Shown here: piece after piece, positions 62,955 to 64,000 of the stretch
Layout: each line of letters starts with the position of its first letter
Position numbering within the stretch: the first letter of the stretch is position 1
DNA from: an uncultured Planctomycetia bacterium
Lineage (GTDB): Bacteria > Omnitrophota > Gorgyraeia > B26-G9
Assembly (NCBI GenBank): GCA_964437495.1
Contig: CAYTGV010000005.1
Location: forward strand, 759-64,758
DNA length: 64,000 nucleotides
Direction of reading: 5' to 3'
Program-made: the position numbers and the translations under genes
The notes under the pieces: model-generated
What the model saw: the letters and a program-made list of their open reading frames with translations, nothing else
Database searches by the model: none
What the model was told of the DNA's origin: nothing

Positions 62955-64000
62955 TTAGGGCAAAAACTCCAAATCTGAGAGTTTTCTATATACCCCATTT
63001 TGCTTCAAAAGCTCCTCATGTGTGCCTTCCTCAATGATTTCCCCCTTATCAAAGACAAGAATCCTCTTAATTTTCTTAACCGTTGCCAGTCGGTGAGCAA
63101 TAATAAATGCCGTTCTATCCATAAGAAGATTATCCAGCGCTTCCTGCACTAAACGGGTCGATTCAGCATCAAGCTGAGAAGTTGCCTCATCCAATATCAA
63201 AATAGGCGGGTTATTCAATATAGCGCGGGCTATAGCTAAACGCTGTTTTTGCCCTCCAGAGAGCTTTACCCCCATATCTCCGATTACCTCATTATACCTA
63301 TGCGGCAAATTTTCAATGAATTCATGAGCTTCGGCTATTTTTGCCGCTTTGATCACCTCTTCATCTGTAGCATCAAATCTACTATAAGCAATATTATTTC
63401 TCACCGTATCATGAAAAAGCATTAAGTCCTGGGTAACAATACCTATCTGTGAACGAAGCGATTTAAAAGTAACATCTCTTATATCCGTGCCATCGATTTT
63501 TATCTTTCCTTTAACCGGGTCATAAAAACGCGGTATTAAATTAACCAAAGAGGTTTTTCCCACTCCGCTTGCGCCTACTAAACCGATGACTTCTCCCCTT
63601 TTAACCTTTAAATTGATGTTTTTCAAAATCATCTTCTGATCATAGCCGAAATTTACATTTTCAAATGTTATTTCTTTGCTGATCAAATCAAGTTCTTTCG
63701 CGTTTTTCTTCTCGGCCACTTTAATCGGAGCATCAAGAACTTCAAAGATTCTCTTTGCCGCTGCCAAGCCTTGCTGATTTATGCTGTGTATTTCACTCAA
63801 ACGCCTGCAAGGTTTAATTAATGACATGAGCGCTCCTAAAAAAAGCATAAATATCCCAAAAGACATTGTTCCCTGGATAACACCTCTGCCACCATAATAA
63901 AGAAAAGCCGCTCCGCCGCAAGCACCAATAAATTCAGTAAAAGGACCCAGGACCAAAGCCCTTTTCTGCAACCGCATCATAATTTTATAAAAGGAAAAAT
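62955..64000 (-). CDS. ABC exporter (fused permease and ATPase, MsbA-like), C-terminal ~348 codons; the gene continues beyond the window edge
   Basis: Walker A GASGVGKTS, signature LSGGQKQRLAIARA and Walker B ILILDEAT. The frame stays open upstream of the ORF-track ATG at 63980 (FSFYKI-MMRLQ), so the listed start is internal. Confidence 0.8.
   Translation of the reverse strand, partial: FSFYKIMMRLQKRALVLGPFTEFIGACGGAAFLYYGGRGVIQGTMSFGIFMLFLGALMSLIKPCRRLSEIHSINQQGLAAAKRIFEVLDAPIKVAEKKNAKELDLISKEITFENVNFGYDQKMILKNINLKVKRGEVIGLVGASGVGKTSLVNLIPRFYDPVKGKIKIDGTDIRDVTFKSLRSQIGIVTQDLMLFHDTVRNNIAYSRFDATDEEVIKAAKIAEAHEFIENLPHRYNEVIGDMGVKLSGGQKQRLAIARAILNNPPILILDEATSQLDAESTRLVQEALDNLLMDRTAFIIAHRLATVKKIKRILVFDKGEIIEEGTHEELLKQNGVYRKLSDLEFLP

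Overview
This is an AT-rich, very compact bacterial chromosomal segment with about 55 protein genes, almost all on the minus strand. Only three coding regions lie on the plus strand: ppiD and maf at 44342-46521 and an HD-GYP gene at 25597-26493. Most of the window is core housekeeping:
- cysE-cysS, ispD-ispF, radA and a mlaE-mlaF-mlaD ABC system.
- A mcsA-mcsB-clpC stress module, ilvE, lolD-lolC/E and lysS.
- tilS, an H+-pyrophosphatase, enolase, phosphoglucomutase, purN, purC and rsmI.
- GTP-dependent PEP carboxykinase, glmS, nagA, asmA, a patatin-like gene, and frr-pyrH-tsf-rpsB.

I read six tRNA genes directly from the sequence, all on the minus strand: Met(CAT), an initiator fMet(CAT), Asp(GTC), Val(TAC), Glu(TTC) and Lys(TTT). 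I found no rRNA and no CRISPR array.

The largest feature is missing from the supplied ORF track. Positions 1-4171 on the minus strand form one uninterrupted reading frame of more than 1390 codons that runs off the window edge. It has an AGGAGG ribosome-binding site followed by ATG at 4171. It encodes a multi-domain protein with a C39-like cysteine peptidase domain. The track omits it because it has no in-window stop codon, and several listed ORFs carry spurious N-terminal extensions from permissive start codons.

The accessory-looking islands are:
- 1-5400, the giant gene and its small upstream partners.
- 30800-34530, two small hypotheticals, a YihY gene, an integrase 3' remnant, a structured GC-rich spacer, tRNA-Met and a partial tRNA duplicate.
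- 50281-52566, a secreted protein built from five copies of an unknown module.
- 59070-59690, a GIY-YIG gene, a 100-bp palindromic element and an inverted tRNA-Glu fragment.

I also flag several other sequence-level signals:
- A three-copy conserved intergenic element at 6918, 34341 and 55096, whose placement suggests an operator of the ROK regulator and the nagA/glmS regulon.
- A shared GGTCAA-heptad motif upstream of mcsA and between cysE and cysS.
- A palindromic repeat family present at two places.
- Four near-consensus sigma70 promoters.
- Five bidirectional intrinsic terminators.

The gene complement points to a diderm bacterium (Lol, Mla, AsmA, a SurA/PpiD-like chaperone) that also carries the McsA/McsB/ClpC module and a membrane pyrophosphatase. 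I cannot assign taxonomy from sequence alone.
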